Assembly: GCF_009914755.1 (NCBI RefSeq)
Contig: NC_060946.1
Length of the DNA: 64,000 nucleotides
Origin: the human T2T-CHM13v2.0 reference genome, Homo sapiens
Reading direction: 5' to 3' (one strand)
The notes beneath the pieces are model-generated. The model made no database searches, was not told the DNA's origin, and worked only from the letters and a program-made list of their open reading frames with translations. The translations under genes were made by a program, and so were the position numbers. Every line of letters begins with the position of its first letter. Positions within the stretch are counted from its first letter, which is position 1. Shown here in pieces: positions 20,335-44,996 of the stretch.

Positions 20335-20673
20335 AGACAAAGTCTCACCCTGTTGCCCAGGCCAGAGTGCAGTATGATCACAGCTCACCTTAGCCTCGAC
20401 CTCCTGAGCTCCAGTGATCGCCCCATATCAGTGTTCTGAGTAACTGGGACCACAGGCGTGTGCCACCATGCTCTGCTGATTATTTTTTATTTTTATTTTT
20501 ATTTTTTGTGAGATGGGGTCTCACTGCTTTGCACAGGCTGGTTGCAAACTCCTGGGCTCAAGAAATCCTCCCATTTAGGCCTCCCAATGTGCTGGGATTA
20601 CAGGCGTGAGCTACCATGTGTCCATGTGTAGCCTAGATTCTCTCTCTTTTTTTTTTTTTTTTTTTTTTTTTGA

Positions 20674-20781
<108 letters not shown>

Positions 20782-20951
20782 TAGCTGGGACTACAGGCGC
20801 CTGCCACCACACCCGGCTAATTTTGTATTTTTAGTAGAGACGGTTTCACCGTGTTAGCCAGGATGGTCTCGATCTCCTGACCTCGTGATCCGCCCGCCTC
20901 GGCCTCCCAAAGTGCTGGGATTACAGGCTTGAGCCTCTGCGTCCGGCCTAG

Positions 20952-21349
<398 letters not shown>

Positions 21350-22299
21350 TAGGATGGTCTCGATCTCCTGACCTTGTGATCCACCCGCCTCAGCCTCCCA
21401 AAGTGCTGGGATTAAGGGCGTGAGCCACCACACCCTGCCCCAAGTAGCTTTTTTTGTAGACTTGGGGCTCTTGGTATGTTAACCAGGCTGGTCTGAGACT
21501 CCTGGCCTCAAACGTTCCTCCTCAAGCTTTCATTCTGGAGTGGTTTCCTCAGTATAGGGGTCCATGACCTTTGGTAACTTTTAAGCAGTTTTTAAGAGTT
21601 TACTGACAATTCTACCAGAAAACCCAAGAAATTTTTTTGAGGAGACCTTGAATCACTCATTGCCACAGTTGTAGTTTTGTCATTGTTCTCCTTTTCCTCT
21701 TGGAAACTATTTTTCTTTCCTCAGACAAGTATCTTGTCACCTCTTCACCTGTCTTGAAATGATGCGATGTTGTTTATACTACAGTTTGGAAGTCTACTAC
21801 ACATTTTGGTGGAGATGGATGGGGAGGATAGAATAGTGGGTAAATGTAGGCCTTGTTGTCAGATTGTTTGGATTCTAGTCCTGGTCCCTTTGCTATGCGA
21901 CCTGACTTCTCTGAGCCTTAGTAAAATGGGAGCAAAAAATGGTACCTCCTTGGGTAGGTGCAGTGGCTCACGTCTGTAATCCCAGCATGTTAGTAGGCCG
22001 AGGCAGGAGGATTGCTTGAGTCCAGAAGCAAGACCAGCCTGGGCAACCCAGGGAGACCCTGTCTCTCTTTATTAAAAAAATTAAAAAACTGTACTTTCAC
22101 ATAGGATTGCCGTGAGCATTAAATGAGATAACCTAGGCATAGTGCTTGGCCCGTGGTAATTATTTATAAATGTTAGCTGTTCTTATTTTGTGGAACAGTC
22201 ATTGTAGGATGGATACTTGATATAAATAATAATAAATTGGAGATATTGAGAACTAACAATGCCTTAGGGCTAAGGCCTAGAAAAATATTAAACTTAGCT

Positions 22300-23680
<1,381 letters not shown>

Positions 23681-24528
23681 TTACTGTAGCAATCTATAGA
23701 GTGAGACCCTGTCTACAAAAAAAAATAGTTACTTTTGAAGATTGTGCAGTTTTGTAATTGGTTGCATTTATCGTCAACTCTCCTTCAAGCAGCCTTTAGA
23801 CACTGATTTTCACATCTAAGAAGCCACCAAATGGTTGATGTTGTTAGTAATGCATCTGTTACCAACACTCATCTGTGAGTCACATCATGCATTTCCAAGT
23901 TGATCTGAAGGTATATTAGGTGCTTGCCCCAGGAACCAAAATTTCTATTTGTGGCTCTGCTCAAAACCAGTGTTGTCTCCACGGTGTGAACCTGTATATC
24001 TTCGAACTATACAGACACTTGTCTAAACATGTTCTTTTCTTTAAATACTGCTAGGTGTTCCACAACAGTGAAGATTTGGTTATTGGAGACTGTTCTTTTC
24101 TGATAAAAGTGTTATAGCTGGCCGGGTGCGGTGGCTCACGCCTGTAATCCCAGCACTTTGGGAGGCCAAGGGGGCGGATCATGAGGTCAGGAGTTCGAGA
24201 CCAGCCACACCAACATGGTGAAACCCCGTCTCTACTAAAAATACAAAAATTAGCCAGGCTTGGTGGTGGGCGCCTGTAGTCCCAGCTACTCAGGTGACTG
24301 AGGCAGGAGAATCACTTGAACCCGGTTGGCGGAGGTTGCAGTGAGCCGAGATCACACCACTGCACTCCAGCTTAGGCGACAGAGCGAGACTCCATCTCAA
24401 AAACAAAAGAAAACAAAAAAGTGTTAAAGCTGTAAATTTGTCTCTGAGCATGGCTTTAGCTGCATCGTATACATTTTGATATATTGTGTTTTTACTTTCA
24501 TGCAGTTCAAAATAATTTTAAATTTTCT

Positions 24529-25255
<727 letters not shown>

Positions 25256-25425
25256 TTAGCTCCATTGTGGTTAAGGAACATACTTTATGGGATTTCAACC
25301 TTTTTCCATGTACTGAGACTTGTTTTGTGGCCCAACATATGATCTCTCCTAGAGAATGTTCTATGTGCTTGAGAAGAATGTGTATCATGGGTTATTTTAC
25401 GTTCTTTTTTTCCCCCATAATATAA

Positions 25426-25872
<447 letters not shown>

Positions 25873-25956
25873 TGAAACAGGGATACTTGAGTTTGAATAT
25901 GGATTTTTATTGTGTGTCCTTGGGCAAGTCATGTAACTTCTCTGAGCCCTCACTTA

Positions 25957-26382
<426 letters not shown>

Positions 26383-26668
26383 CTACGTAGCAGGAACTAA
26401 TGACAGTGTCTTTAGGGTGCCATTATGAGAAGAAAGTATCCTCTGGAATCACATCCTTTCATGGCCACTGCTCAGAGACCCCGACTCTCAGATGAGAACG
26501 TCCTATGGCCTTCTCCAGGGTCAGATATGCCCACCACTTGGCCAGAAGAAGGCACAGCAACTTGAGTTTGACTAACATTCTCCCAAAACTGTAGTCGGGG
26601 AAGGGTAATTCCCAAAGAAAAATTGGGGTGTTTTTTTGTTTTGTTTTGTTAAGTAACCCTTATTTTGA

Positions 26669-26922
<254 letters not shown>

Positions 26923-27090
26923 TAGGATTACAGGCCTAAGCCACCGCACCCGGCATGATGGGTCTTTATTCTTCAAAGCAGGAGGAAGGGATCCTAGAAA
27001 AACAGAGACAAGGCCAAACATGGTAGCTCACACCTGTAATCCCAGCACTTTGGGAGGCCAGTGCGGGTGAATCACGAGGTCAGGAGTTCA

Positions 27091-27339
<249 letters not shown>

Positions 27340-27421
27340 TTATTATGATGATTAAATGAGAGAATAGCTGTGAGGTGATTGATATAGTGCTGTGCTTAAT
27401 ACAAACTATCATTTTATTATA

Positions 27422-27661
27422 CGGGTTGAGTGTTTCTAATCTGAAAATCCAAAATTAGAAATGCTCTACAGTCTGAAACTTTTTTGAGCACCGACCTAAT
27501 GTTCAAAGGAAGTGCTTATTGGAGCATTATGGGTTGTTAGATTTTTGGGTTGGGAATATTCAACCAGTAAGTACTATAAAATGCAAATATTCCAAAAAAA
27601 ATCTGAAATCTGAAACATTTCTGGTCCTAAGCAAGCATTTTGCAAAGGGATACGCAACCTG
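27422..27661 (+). mobile_element. Tigger4a/MER46A-like MITE
   Basis: TA-flanked, inverted termini CGGGTTGAGT...ACGCAACCTG, about 240 bp. Confidence 0.75.
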
Positions 27662-27748
27662 TAGTACGTTCTTTATCATTGTTTTAAGTAGTTAATATAT
27701 TGTGGTACAGATTCTGAGGTGGTATAGCAAATTCGATTGTATTATTAA

Positions 27749-28105
<357 letters not shown>

Positions 28106-28464
28106 TGAGACAGGGTCTCATTGTGTCGCCCAGGCTGGAGTGCAGTGGGGCGAACATGACTCGCTACAGCCTTGACCTCCTGGACTCAAGCGATCCTTCT
28201 GTCTCAGCCTCCCAAGTAGCTGGGATCACAGGCATGTGACATCACACCCAGCTAATTTATTTATTTATTTATTTTTTAAGAGACTGGATCGACTGGGCAC
28301 AGTGGCTCATGCCTGTAATCCCAGCACTTTGGGAGGCCGAGGCAGGTGGATTACCGAGGTCAGGAGTTCAAGACCAGCCTGACCAACATGGAGAAACCCC
28401 ATCTCTACTAAAAATACAAAATGAGCTGGGCATGGTGGTGCATGCCTGTAATCCCAGCTACTCA

Positions 28465-28569
<105 letters not shown>

Positions 28570-28965
28570 TCAAAAAAAAAAAAAAAAAGAGACGGTGTCT
28601 CGCTATGTTGCCTGGGCTGGTGTCAAACTCCTGGTCTTAAGTAATCCTCCTGCTTTGGCTTCCCGAAGTGCTGGGGTGCTGGGATTACAGACATTGGCCA
28701 CTGTGCCCAGCGTTTTTTTGTTTCGTTTTGTTTTGTTTTGTTTAATAGAGATGAGGTCTCACTATGTTGCTCAGGCTGGCCTCGAACTCCTAGGCTCAAG
28801 CAGTACTCCTGCTTCAGCCTCCTAAAGTGCTGGGATTATAGGTGTGAACCACCACACCTAACCCAAGATGCTTTCTTACTGAATTTTCTCCAACTGAAGA
28901 GTTAACTAGGAGGAGAGACATTGATCAGGCTGACCAGTTAAATAACTTTCATATGTGCATCTTTC

Positions 28966-29089
28966 CTTTCCTTCTCCTTCCCTTTCCTTTTCTTTTTTCT
29001 CTCTCCGACTCCCTCCCCTCCCCTCCCCTCCCCTCCCCTCCCCTCCCCTCCCCTCCTCTCCCCTCCTCTCTTCTGTTTCTTTTCTTTCC
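28966..29089. repeat. Polypyrimidine/(CCCCT)n low-complexity tract
   Basis: About 125 bp almost pure C/T with about 8 CCCCT units at 29011-29055. Confidence 0.9.
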
Positions 29090-29186
29090 GCTAGTCAAGT
29101 GAAGCAGTGGGAATGGAAAAGGAACAAAGAAATCTGTAACTGGTTGTGATCAATTAGTTGTAAACACCACCGCACTTGGACGAGCC
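29090..29186 (-). pseudogene. Y3 RNA (RNY3) retropseudogene
   Basis: Minus strand GGCTCGTCCAAGTGCGGTGGTGTTTACAACTAATTGATCACAACCAGTTACAGATTTCTTTG...GACTAGC, about 5 differences from recalled Y3; TSD ATGTGCA(T/C)CTTTC at 28953-28965 and 29187-29199. Confidence 0.9.
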
Positions 29187-30088
29187 ATGTGCACCTTTCT
29201 TGCTAACCTGTTAAACCACAAAGACTTAACTCTTTGGGACTGTGGTATCTGGATCAGTGATATTTTGATAGCTAGAAAGTTAAACTGGGCCAGTGTCTGA
29301 AAGAGATGTCAGTGAAAACCTCACCCCTTCATCACTCAGTACATGCTGCTGTCAGTCTAACAGTCTTGCTCAGGTACAATAGCAGAAAATACTTTATAGT
29401 TAATTAGGGAGATAAGGAGTTAGGAAAAGTATGAAGTGTGAAGTGAACTCATTTTTTTTAGGGAGAGAATTTATTTTTGCTAGTGATATTTTTCCTGTGC
29501 CTTGGGATGACATACATCTCCCTTTCTGCATCTGAAAGACAGATGCAGGACGCAGAACATTGTCTTTTCTCATCCTCTTACCTTTGCTCAGTCTATAGAG
29601 GGATTTAACATCAAAAATTAAAATTGAATGAGTCATGCTTCCTGTATGCAAAATGTGGAAGAATCTGAGATTTTACATAAGTTTAGGGCCTATAAGGATG
29701 ACTAAAATATTATTTTGATTCAAGCCAGAGAGTTTTGCCCTACTCTTTGAAGGAGAAAAAGATAAGGAATTTTCTTTTCCATTTTGGAAGTAACTAATTT
29801 TTTATATTGATTTATTCATAGGCAGTAAGCTCTCTGGTCACTGAGTTTCTTTCTTGGTCCAGTATGTTTGAAAAAACCTTGAGAGTTCTTTTGTTCATAA
29901 AACCCAAATTTGAATCTGCTACTAAGCTGTTATTAGTCACATATCCAGGATAAAATACAAACATCATTGGGTATGGTGGCTCATGCACTTTTGGAGTCTG
30001 AAACAGGAGGATCACTTGAACCCAGGAGTTTGAGATCAGCCTGGGCATCATAGCGAGACCCTGTCTCTACTAAAAAACTAAAAATTAG

Positions 30089-30481
<393 letters not shown>

Positions 30482-31028
30482 TAGTACTTATATGTGTGTG
30501 TCTCTGCCTTCCACATTGAGACCTAGCACAGTACCTGACATAGGTCCTCTCATTTAATAAATAGATGTGGTGGCCGGGTGCGGTGGCTCACGCCTGTAAT
30601 CCCAGCACTTTGGGAGGCTGAGGCGGGCGGATCACGAGGTCAGGAGATCGAGACCATCCCGGCTAACACAGTGAAACCCCATCTCTACTAAAAATACAAA
30701 AAAATTAGCCAGGTGTGGTGGCGGGCACCTATAGTCCCAGCTACTCGTGGGGCTGAGGCAGGAGAATGGCGTGAACCCCGGTGGGTGGAGCCTGCAGTGA
30801 GCCGAGATCGCTGCCTGGGTGACAGCGAGACTGTCTCAAAAAAAAAAAAATAATAAATAAATAAATAAATAGATATGGTTTGGGCTGGGCACAGTGGCTC
30901 ACACCTGTAATCCCAGCTAGTCAGGAGGCTGATGCAGGAGAATCACTTGAACCTGGGAGGTTGCCGTGAGTCGAGATTGCGCCACTGCACGCCAGTGACA
31001 GTGTGACAGACTGCATCTCAAATAATAA

Positions 31029-31379
<351 letters not shown>

Positions 31380-31684
31380 TGAGGCACTGCACCTAGCCTA
31401 TTTTATTGTTTTTGCAAAGAGGATCTCACTGTGTTGCCCAGGTTGGAGTGCAGTGGCTATTCATAAGCACAGTCCCACTCTAAAACAGTTTGAACATCTA
31501 CCTCTTGGGATTGTTACAGAAGATAAAGTAGTTGGTGTAAAGTACCTGCAGTCACTCAATAAATGTTAATTCCCTGTTGGAGAAGGAGGATGCCCCAGGT
31601 GAGCCATCTTCCTGCTCCTTAGAAGAGAGCTGATTTTAACTTGCTAGTGTCATCATCTTCGAGTTATTTTGCATCTCCTCGTAG

Positions 31685-31894
<210 letters not shown>

Positions 31895-32084
31895 TAGCGT
31901 GGACCATGGATGAGTGACTCTAACACACAGTGCAGTTTACGGAGCAGCGCTTTGTAAATGGGCACTGCTTGGACACTGTACAGGAAATGTTAATGGAGTA
32001 TGTTGAAAGTGTTTCAAGCTCTGCCTGGTGCAGTGGCTCACACCTGTAATCCTAGCACTTTGGGAGGCTGAGGCGGATGGGTCA

Positions 32085-32671
<587 letters not shown>

Positions 32672-33512
32672 TAGCTAATTTTTGTATTTTTAGTAGAGAC
32701 GAGGTTTCACCATTTTGGCCAGTCTGGTCTCGAACTCCTGACCTCGTGAGCCACTGCACCTGGCCTTATTTATATTTATATTTTTATTCATTTTTTTGTT
32801 GTTGTCGCCTAGGCTGGAGTGAAGTGGCGCAATCTCGGCTCACTGCAATCTCCGTCCCCTGGGTTCAAGCGAGTCTCCTGCCTGAGCCTCCCAAGTAGCT
32901 GGGATTACAGGTGCACGCCACCACGCCCGGCTAAATTCTGTATTTTTAGTAGAGATGGGGTTTCACCATGTTGGCCAGGCTTGTCTCGAACTCCTGACCT
33001 TAGGTGATTCACCCGCCTCGGCCTCCCAAAGTGCTGAGATTACAGGCGTGAGCCACCACGTCCAGCCTGGAATTTAGCTTTTTAAAAACAATTTCCCATG
33101 TAATTCTTTGAAGCATCAGATAGCAAAAAGCAAACAAAACCAAAATAAGTCCACAGCTTTTTCTCCAGTGTTGGAAATTAAAGAGGATGTGAACCTTGCC
33201 GTTGTGTTTATTTGTGCAGTCTAGACCCTATCTTTTGTGCTATGGCTCATGAACACCCCAGATTTGACTCGATTGGTTTTCATTAGTAACTGGGGTCATG
33301 TCATTAACCTAGTGTCAGTAAAAGTGAACTGACATTAATAATTTGCTTTTTTTTTTTTTTTCTGGAGACAGTGTCTCACTCTGTCACCCAGGCTAGAGTC
33401 CAGTGGCACCATCTTGGCTCACTGCAGTCTCAAGCTCCCAGGCTCAGGTGATTTCCCACCTCACCCTCTCGAGCAACTGGGACTACAGGTCCACACCACC
33501 ACGTCCAGCTAA

Positions 33513-33935
<423 letters not shown>

Positions 33936-34091
33936 TGAGCCACCATGCCCGGCCATAATTCACTTTCTTAAGTGGAATGTTTGGGGCTTCTAAACCTCTT
34001 ATTCCTTTTTAAATTTTCCTTTCTGTGTCTCTGCTGTCCCCATTTTCCCCTCAGCTGTGGGGTCCTCCAACCCTTACCTGTTGAGATATTA

Positions 34092-34202
<111 letters not shown>

Positions 34203-34480
34203 TTAGAGATACTTTGTCTCTACAAAAAATCTTAAAACTAGCTGGGTGTGGTGGTGTGTGACTGTAGTCCCAGCTATTCAGGAAGCAGAAGTGGGAAGAT
34301 TGCTTGAGCTTGGGAGGTCAAGGCTGCAGTGAGTTCTGATTGCAGCACTGCACTCTATCCTGGGTGACAGAGCGAGACCCCGTCTCAAATAAATAAATAA
34401 TAAAATTAAAATAAGCCCTTTAAAGAAAATGGAAGAGAAACTTTAGGGCTAAAAGAGAAGAAAGGAGGAAACCTTTTTAG

Positions 34481-34702
<222 letters not shown>

Positions 34703-35346
34703 TGAACCTTGCCCATACTTTGGAATCATCCATGGACTCCTAATGCAGACCTACTGAATCATAGTCTCTGGGAATGGGGCTTAAAAATGTCTATTTTTAA
34801 GCTTTCTTGGGTGAATTTAGTGCACAGCCAGGTAAGGCCACTAAATATGGTGATGGGGTGCACAGCATGCGCAGCCGTACAAGGCTGATCTGCAGCTAGG
34901 ATAGAGAAATGTCTGCCTAGGGGACTGTTTGCAGATTACTGACACAAGTTCTTGGGACCTCACTGCCGACACCTTTCTTTCCAAAGCCATTGTTTGGCAC
35001 CCTTGTAATGTCTAATGTTTGGTTTAGTTCCTATACAAACCAACCATGGGGTTTGCCAAGATAGTGAGGTATAGCGGAAAGACCATGGATTTTAAAGTCA
35101 GATTTGACTTTATCTTGTGCTTATGTGTCTGGAAGCTTGCTTGCTTTTGTTTTGGGCCCATCTCTGCTGCTTGTTAGCTGGTCAACGTGGGCAAGTAATT
35201 TAACCTTTCTGTTTAATATTCCTTAGCTACAAAGATGGGCGTTCTGGAGCACCTTTCCCTCGGGGTGGTTTTACATTTGAGATGAGTTACTGTAGTTTTA
35301 ACTTTGATCCTCAGCATGCTCAGGAGTGCTCAGTTACTAAGCTATT

Positions 35347-35834
35347 GTATCTCAGCTCCAAATTCACCCTTTTATGCTCTGCACTACTGAGGCTGAAATG
35401 ATCCAAACCTAATTTCATCTTTCACAGCTGGCTCTCAGGCTGTGTCTATAGTGGGTGCTAGAGGGAGACCAAAGGGCAGAGGAGAGGTGAGGGATTTGCT
35501 TCTTCCTGTTTGCTCAGTGTGGTCAGCATTGTCAGCAAAGGCTTTCACCTGGTAGCAGCAGTTAGTTACAGGGCGTAGATTTTTTAGTCCTTCCAGAACC
35601 AGCCAGTAACTGAACTAAAATCAGCCTGATAACTCTTACCTGTTTCCTTTTATTTATCACGTGGTAGAGGGTAAGGAAAAAAGGGGCGAGGGTGAAGCTC
35701 AGAGAAGGCCCCCATGGAGCTGGGACTTAGCCCTCCAGGGAGGAGGCACTGTCCGGCTAGCTCTGGATGTATCAAAAAAGCTGGAGACTGGAACCAACTG
35801 CCGCCAGGTAAAGGGTCTTTGCTGGGGCAATACA
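35347..35834 (-). mobile_element. ERVL LTR relic (LTR33-like)
   Basis: TG...CA ends and LTR33-like GGGTGCTAGAGGGAGAC segment; family call from recall. Confidence 0.45.
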
Positions 35835-35851
35835 GGTAGGAACAGTAAATA

Positions 35852-37666
<1,815 letters not shown>

Positions 37667-37887
37667 TACAGGAAGGGGCACCCCTCCTCCCTTGCAGTCT
37701 TCTGGAAACTGCAGAGGGAGTCTGTTAGGCAGATGATAACAAAAACCAGCTGGTGGAGTTCAAGAAATGGGGCCTACGGGGCCCCAGCCCCAGCACCACA
37801 GGACATAAAAGGAAGAATTTGGAGCTGAGAAACAAGTGACTGCAACACTTGAAGTCAAATCAAAGAAAATTTATCTCCTTTCTTCAG

Positions 37888-38017
37888 GCTTCCAGCTGGT
37901 CTTTTTACCCTTTGCTGATGATAAAAGGAAGATGCCCTTTACTGAAAAAATCATGGCAACTCCAGAGCAGGTGGGCAAGATGAAGGCTATCGTTGAGAAG
38001 CTTCGCTTCACATACAG
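37888..38017 (+). CDS. XRCC6: XRCC6 exon 10
   Basis: CTTCAG| acceptor; [42 protein letters not shown]; AG|GTGAGT; 130 nt. Confidence 0.97.
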
Positions 38018-38473
38018 GTGAGTCAATCTCAGGCTTTCTGGAACTGCCTCCTGAGTTGAAAATCTTATTAGAAACAGCTTGGGCATAGGCCAAGAGAATG
38101 GCACTACTCTTTTCAGCAAACTGACAGATTACTACTTGTTATTAATAGTTTTTTGAAAGCCATATAGAGAATGGAACCTTTTATTATGTTGGAGACTCTG
38201 GGATTTTGTGGTTTCTCTGTTGTGCTGTACTTAGCCAGATTAGTTGGTTGAACAAATTTGAAAAAATAGCAGGATTCTTATTCGCCCTTCTCCTTGATTG
38301 TGTTTGTTATTCCACAATGAGCAAAAGTAAATAAATCTAGTGTAAATTGTTAAAGGCTTAAAAGAATGATTAAGTAATTCAAGTCATTCCCTCTCACATA
38401 TATAATAGACCAACTCTCAGAGCCTGCATAATGGGACACTAAACGTAATTTTTTTCACATGTCATTTTTAAAA

Positions 38474-38476
<3 letters not shown>

Positions 38477-38513
<37 letters not shown>
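38477..38513. repeat. (ATT)n microsatellite, Alu-tail derived
   Basis: About 12 ATT units preceding an antisense Alu. Confidence 0.85.
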
Positions 38514-38814
38514 TTGAGACAGGGTCTCTTGTCACCCAGGTTTGATTGCAGTGGTGTTACTGTAGTTCACTGCAGCCTTGACCTCCCTGGGCTCAGGTGA
38601 TTCTCCCACCTCAGACTCCTGAGTAGCTGGGACCATACCCTTGCACCACCACACCTGGCTAATTTTTGTATTTTTTGTAGGGACGGAGTTTCACCATGTT
38701 GCCCAGGCTGGTCTGGAACTCCTGAGCTCAAGCCATCCGCCTGCCTCAGCTTCTCAAAGTGCTGGATTACAGGCATGAGCCAGGGTGCCCAGGCTGGTTT
38801 GCTTTCTAAGTTGA

Positions 38815-38970
<156 letters not shown>

Positions 38971-39171
38971 TAAATTTTTTGTAGAGACAGGGTCTCACCA
39001 TGTTGTCCAAGCTGGTCTTGAACTGCTAGACTCAAGCATTCCGCCTACCTTGGCCTACCAAAGTGCTGGGATTACAGGCATGGGCTACTGCACCTGACCT
39101 CAACTGTTTTACTTGGGGTGTTTTTCTCAGCTCACCCCGGACCTGTAGTATCTCAGGTGGTTTTATTCTAA

Positions 39172-39342
<171 letters not shown>

Positions 39343-39728
39343 TAGAGTAGTTCTTTTCATGGGAGGCTTTCTTACTGGTTCCACTCTGCACCAGTAATTT
39401 GGGTGCATTTCCCAGTCCTCTCTAAACACTTAACCTCATTCCCCAGACCCCCTCTGTTTGGAAGCTTTTCCAGACCAGCTTAAACAGCCAGGGAACAGAT
39501 TTGGCTGGTTCCATAGTGAGAGGAGGAGAGTGTCAGGCTTCTGAGACCTGCCTCTGCACTAGGCCGCCCTGTGACTACATGCTGGTGAAATTTAAAAAAT
39601 AATATAAGAGGCTGGGCACGGTGGCTCATGCCTGTAATCCCAGCACTTTGGGAGGCCGAGGCGGGTGGATCACGAGGTCAAGAGATTGAGACCATCCTGG
39701 CCAACATGTCTCTACTCTGTCTCTACTA

Positions 39729-39929
<201 letters not shown>

Positions 39930-40421
39930 TCAATAAATAATTTAAGAGGAAATAAGTGGTGGATTTGGGTTTAGAATCCAGCGACTCGCAGCCGGGCGTA
40001 GTGGCTTACGTCTGCCTCCTAGGTTCAAGCTATTCTCGTGTCTCAGACTCCCGAGCAGTTGGTCCCCGCCCGGCTAATTTTTGTATTTTTAGTAGAGACG
40101 GGATTTCGCCATGATGGCCCGGCTGGTCTCAGAATGATCTATTTTAGACAAAATAGCCCCAGTGTTAAAAGCAGAAGAGTTATTGGACCATTGTTACTGT
40201 GGTGCCTGCTTAGCTGTGTCTGGCGAAAGAGAAACGTTTTGAGCTAAACAGCCCATCTCCTCCTTTCAGGCCTTAGGCAAATTCAGAAGTCGGTGGCCTA
40301 GTGCCTAGCAAGGTAGTTTAGGACACAGGTGCCTGCCACCAAGCCCGGTTAATTTTTTTGTATTTTTAGTAGAGACGGGGTTTCACTGGGTTAGGATGGT
40401 CTCGATCTCCTGACCTTGTGA

Positions 40422-40843
<422 letters not shown>

Positions 40844-41903
40844 TAGAGATGGGGGTTCACCATATTGGCCAGGCTCATCTTGAACTCCTGACCTTAGGTG
40901 ATCCACCCGCCTCGGCCTCCCAAAGTGCTGGGATTACAGGCAAGAGCCACTGCACCCAGCTTCTCTGTACTTTTAAAACTCTACAGATGATTCCCAGATT
41001 GGGAGCCAGTGCTCTTGCAGAGGTTCCCATGATGTGGACCAGGGGACTTCTGATGCAGCAGGAGCACAGTTTGGCTCCAGCATTGTGCCATCTAGGTACA
41101 CCAGCAAGAGCTCCCCTCCATGCTTGGCAAATACGGGCATGTGAGCTGCCCATCTCATCACCCTTGCCCTTGATGTGACACAGCTCATGTCAGAAGCTTG
41201 ATTTAACAATATAGTTGTAAGCTAACAAAAAAGGAAACAAAAGTATGATCTTTCCTCCAAAGTTGCCTTTTCCTGTCATACTTGCTCCCCCTGTTTCAGC
41301 CAGTCATCTCCCCATCCCACTCCTATTCTTCTTACATTCTGGTTTCCAGCTCTGTGATTTCAGTTAAATAATAAATCCTATTCTATCAGTAAGTCCTGCC
41401 AGTTCTGTCACTTCTCATGTTTATGGGTCCTCCCACCCACACCCCACTTCACCTGTCTTATCTTACCCTCTTTCAGTTCACCCTCCATGCAGCTATCAGG
41501 GGATTCTTTGGATAAGGCCTAATTCCTTGGCAGGCATCCCAGCTTCCATGACCTCATCATACCCATCTTTCTCACCTCTCTGCTGGCCCTGTCCTCCTTA
41601 ACACCCTACCTTCCAGCTATATGTCACCTGCTATTTCTCTCCCAGTGCCTTCTGCTTCTTATCTTTCACCACCCCTCCTGTGTTCCAGTGTGCCTGTACA
41701 GTCGCTTCTTGCATGGTGTTGCCCAACTCCACTGCATCGTTTTTATCCACCTCCTCTCTCTCACTGGGCTGTAAGCTCACCGCAGGCATGAGCACTTGTT
41801 TGAATTCCCAGAATCTAGCTTAGTATCTCCACTGTACCACTGCCCTTTGGGAAAGTCATGTAATCTCTCTCCTTTTCTCCTCTGTAAAACTGGGGACAAA
41901 TCA

Positions 41904-42128
<225 letters not shown>

Positions 42129-42203
42129 TTACAGTAAATGCAGGTGTTGGAAGGTACTTGGTAAATGCTGGAAAGACATTTCCCTAGACCCCTCCCACCT
42201 TAG

Positions 42204-43360
<1,157 letters not shown>

Positions 43361-43839
43361 AGAACTGTCTATACAACCATACATATTTACACATACCAAC
43401 ATACATATTTCAGCACAAATGGAATAATACATTGTTTTCTAGTTTGCTATTTTTGTTACTCAGCTATATATGTTGGACAGTTATTTATATCCACACTTAC
43501 CTATCTCATTTTTTAAAAAATGAGGCTGCAGAGTAGTTCATTGGATAGATATACCAGGTTATTTAACCAGACCTGTATTGACAGGTGGATATGCTGCAGT
43601 GAACATGCATTTCCATCGTGTTCTTGTGTGAATAGATCCACAGGATGCATTCTTGCAGTGAATTGCTTCCAAAACAGTGATTTACCCTCTATCCAAGAAG
43701 GAGTGAATGTTTTCCTGCACTCTCACCCTTCCAGGACTTAATTTTTTTAATTTCTATTTAAAATGATACAGAAGTTGGCCAGGTGCGGTGGCTCACACCT
43801 GTAATCCCAGCACTTTGAGAGCCTGAGGTGGGCGGATCA

Positions 43840-44137
<298 letters not shown>

Positions 44138-44584
44138 TCACAGTTCACTGGCTCACTGTAGCCTCAACCTCCTGGGCTCGAGTGATCCTGCAGCCTCAGC
44201 CTGCTGAGTAGCTGAGACTGCAGGTGCACACCACCATGGCCGGTTGATTTTATTACTTTAGAGCCAGGGTCTCACTGTATTACCAAGGCTGGTCATGAAC
44301 CTGTAAAAGATTTTCAAAGGAAGGAAGGAATGACTTACCCAGAGTGAGCAACAGTTTTGGGTAAACTGATGGCATTCACACTACTTGTAATTTCCTCCTA
44401 GGTGTGATCTGTGTTTTATTTTGCACTTTAAATGAAGCTACCTTATCGAGATAAGTCTTCCCCATGGTGTCCTAGGCTGGCATCACAGCTTTATGGTTAA
44501 TTGCAGCCCAGATTATACGAGGTCCCCCATGCCATGTAGCTGGGATGCCACTTGTATGTAGCATTTCCAGTCACTCTCTCCTGA

Positions 44585-44791
<207 letters not shown>

Positions 44792-44990
44792 CCAGAGGCC
44801 GCGCGTCCAGCTGCCCTTCCGCAGTGTGGCCAGGCTGCCTGGCCTTGTCCTCAGCCAGTTAAAATGTGTTTCTCCTGAGCTAGGAAGAGTCTACCCGACA
44901 TAAGTCGAGGGACTTTATGTTTTTGAGGCTTTCTGTTGCCATGGTGATGGTGTAGCCCTCCCACTTTGCTGTTCCTTACTTTACTGCCTG

Positions 44991-44996
44991 AATAAA
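44991..44996 (+). terminator. XRCC6: XRCC6 polyadenylation signal
   Basis: AATAAA 200 nt after the stop, followed by GT/T-rich downstream element (TGTTCTTTTGTGTG). Confidence 0.88.
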
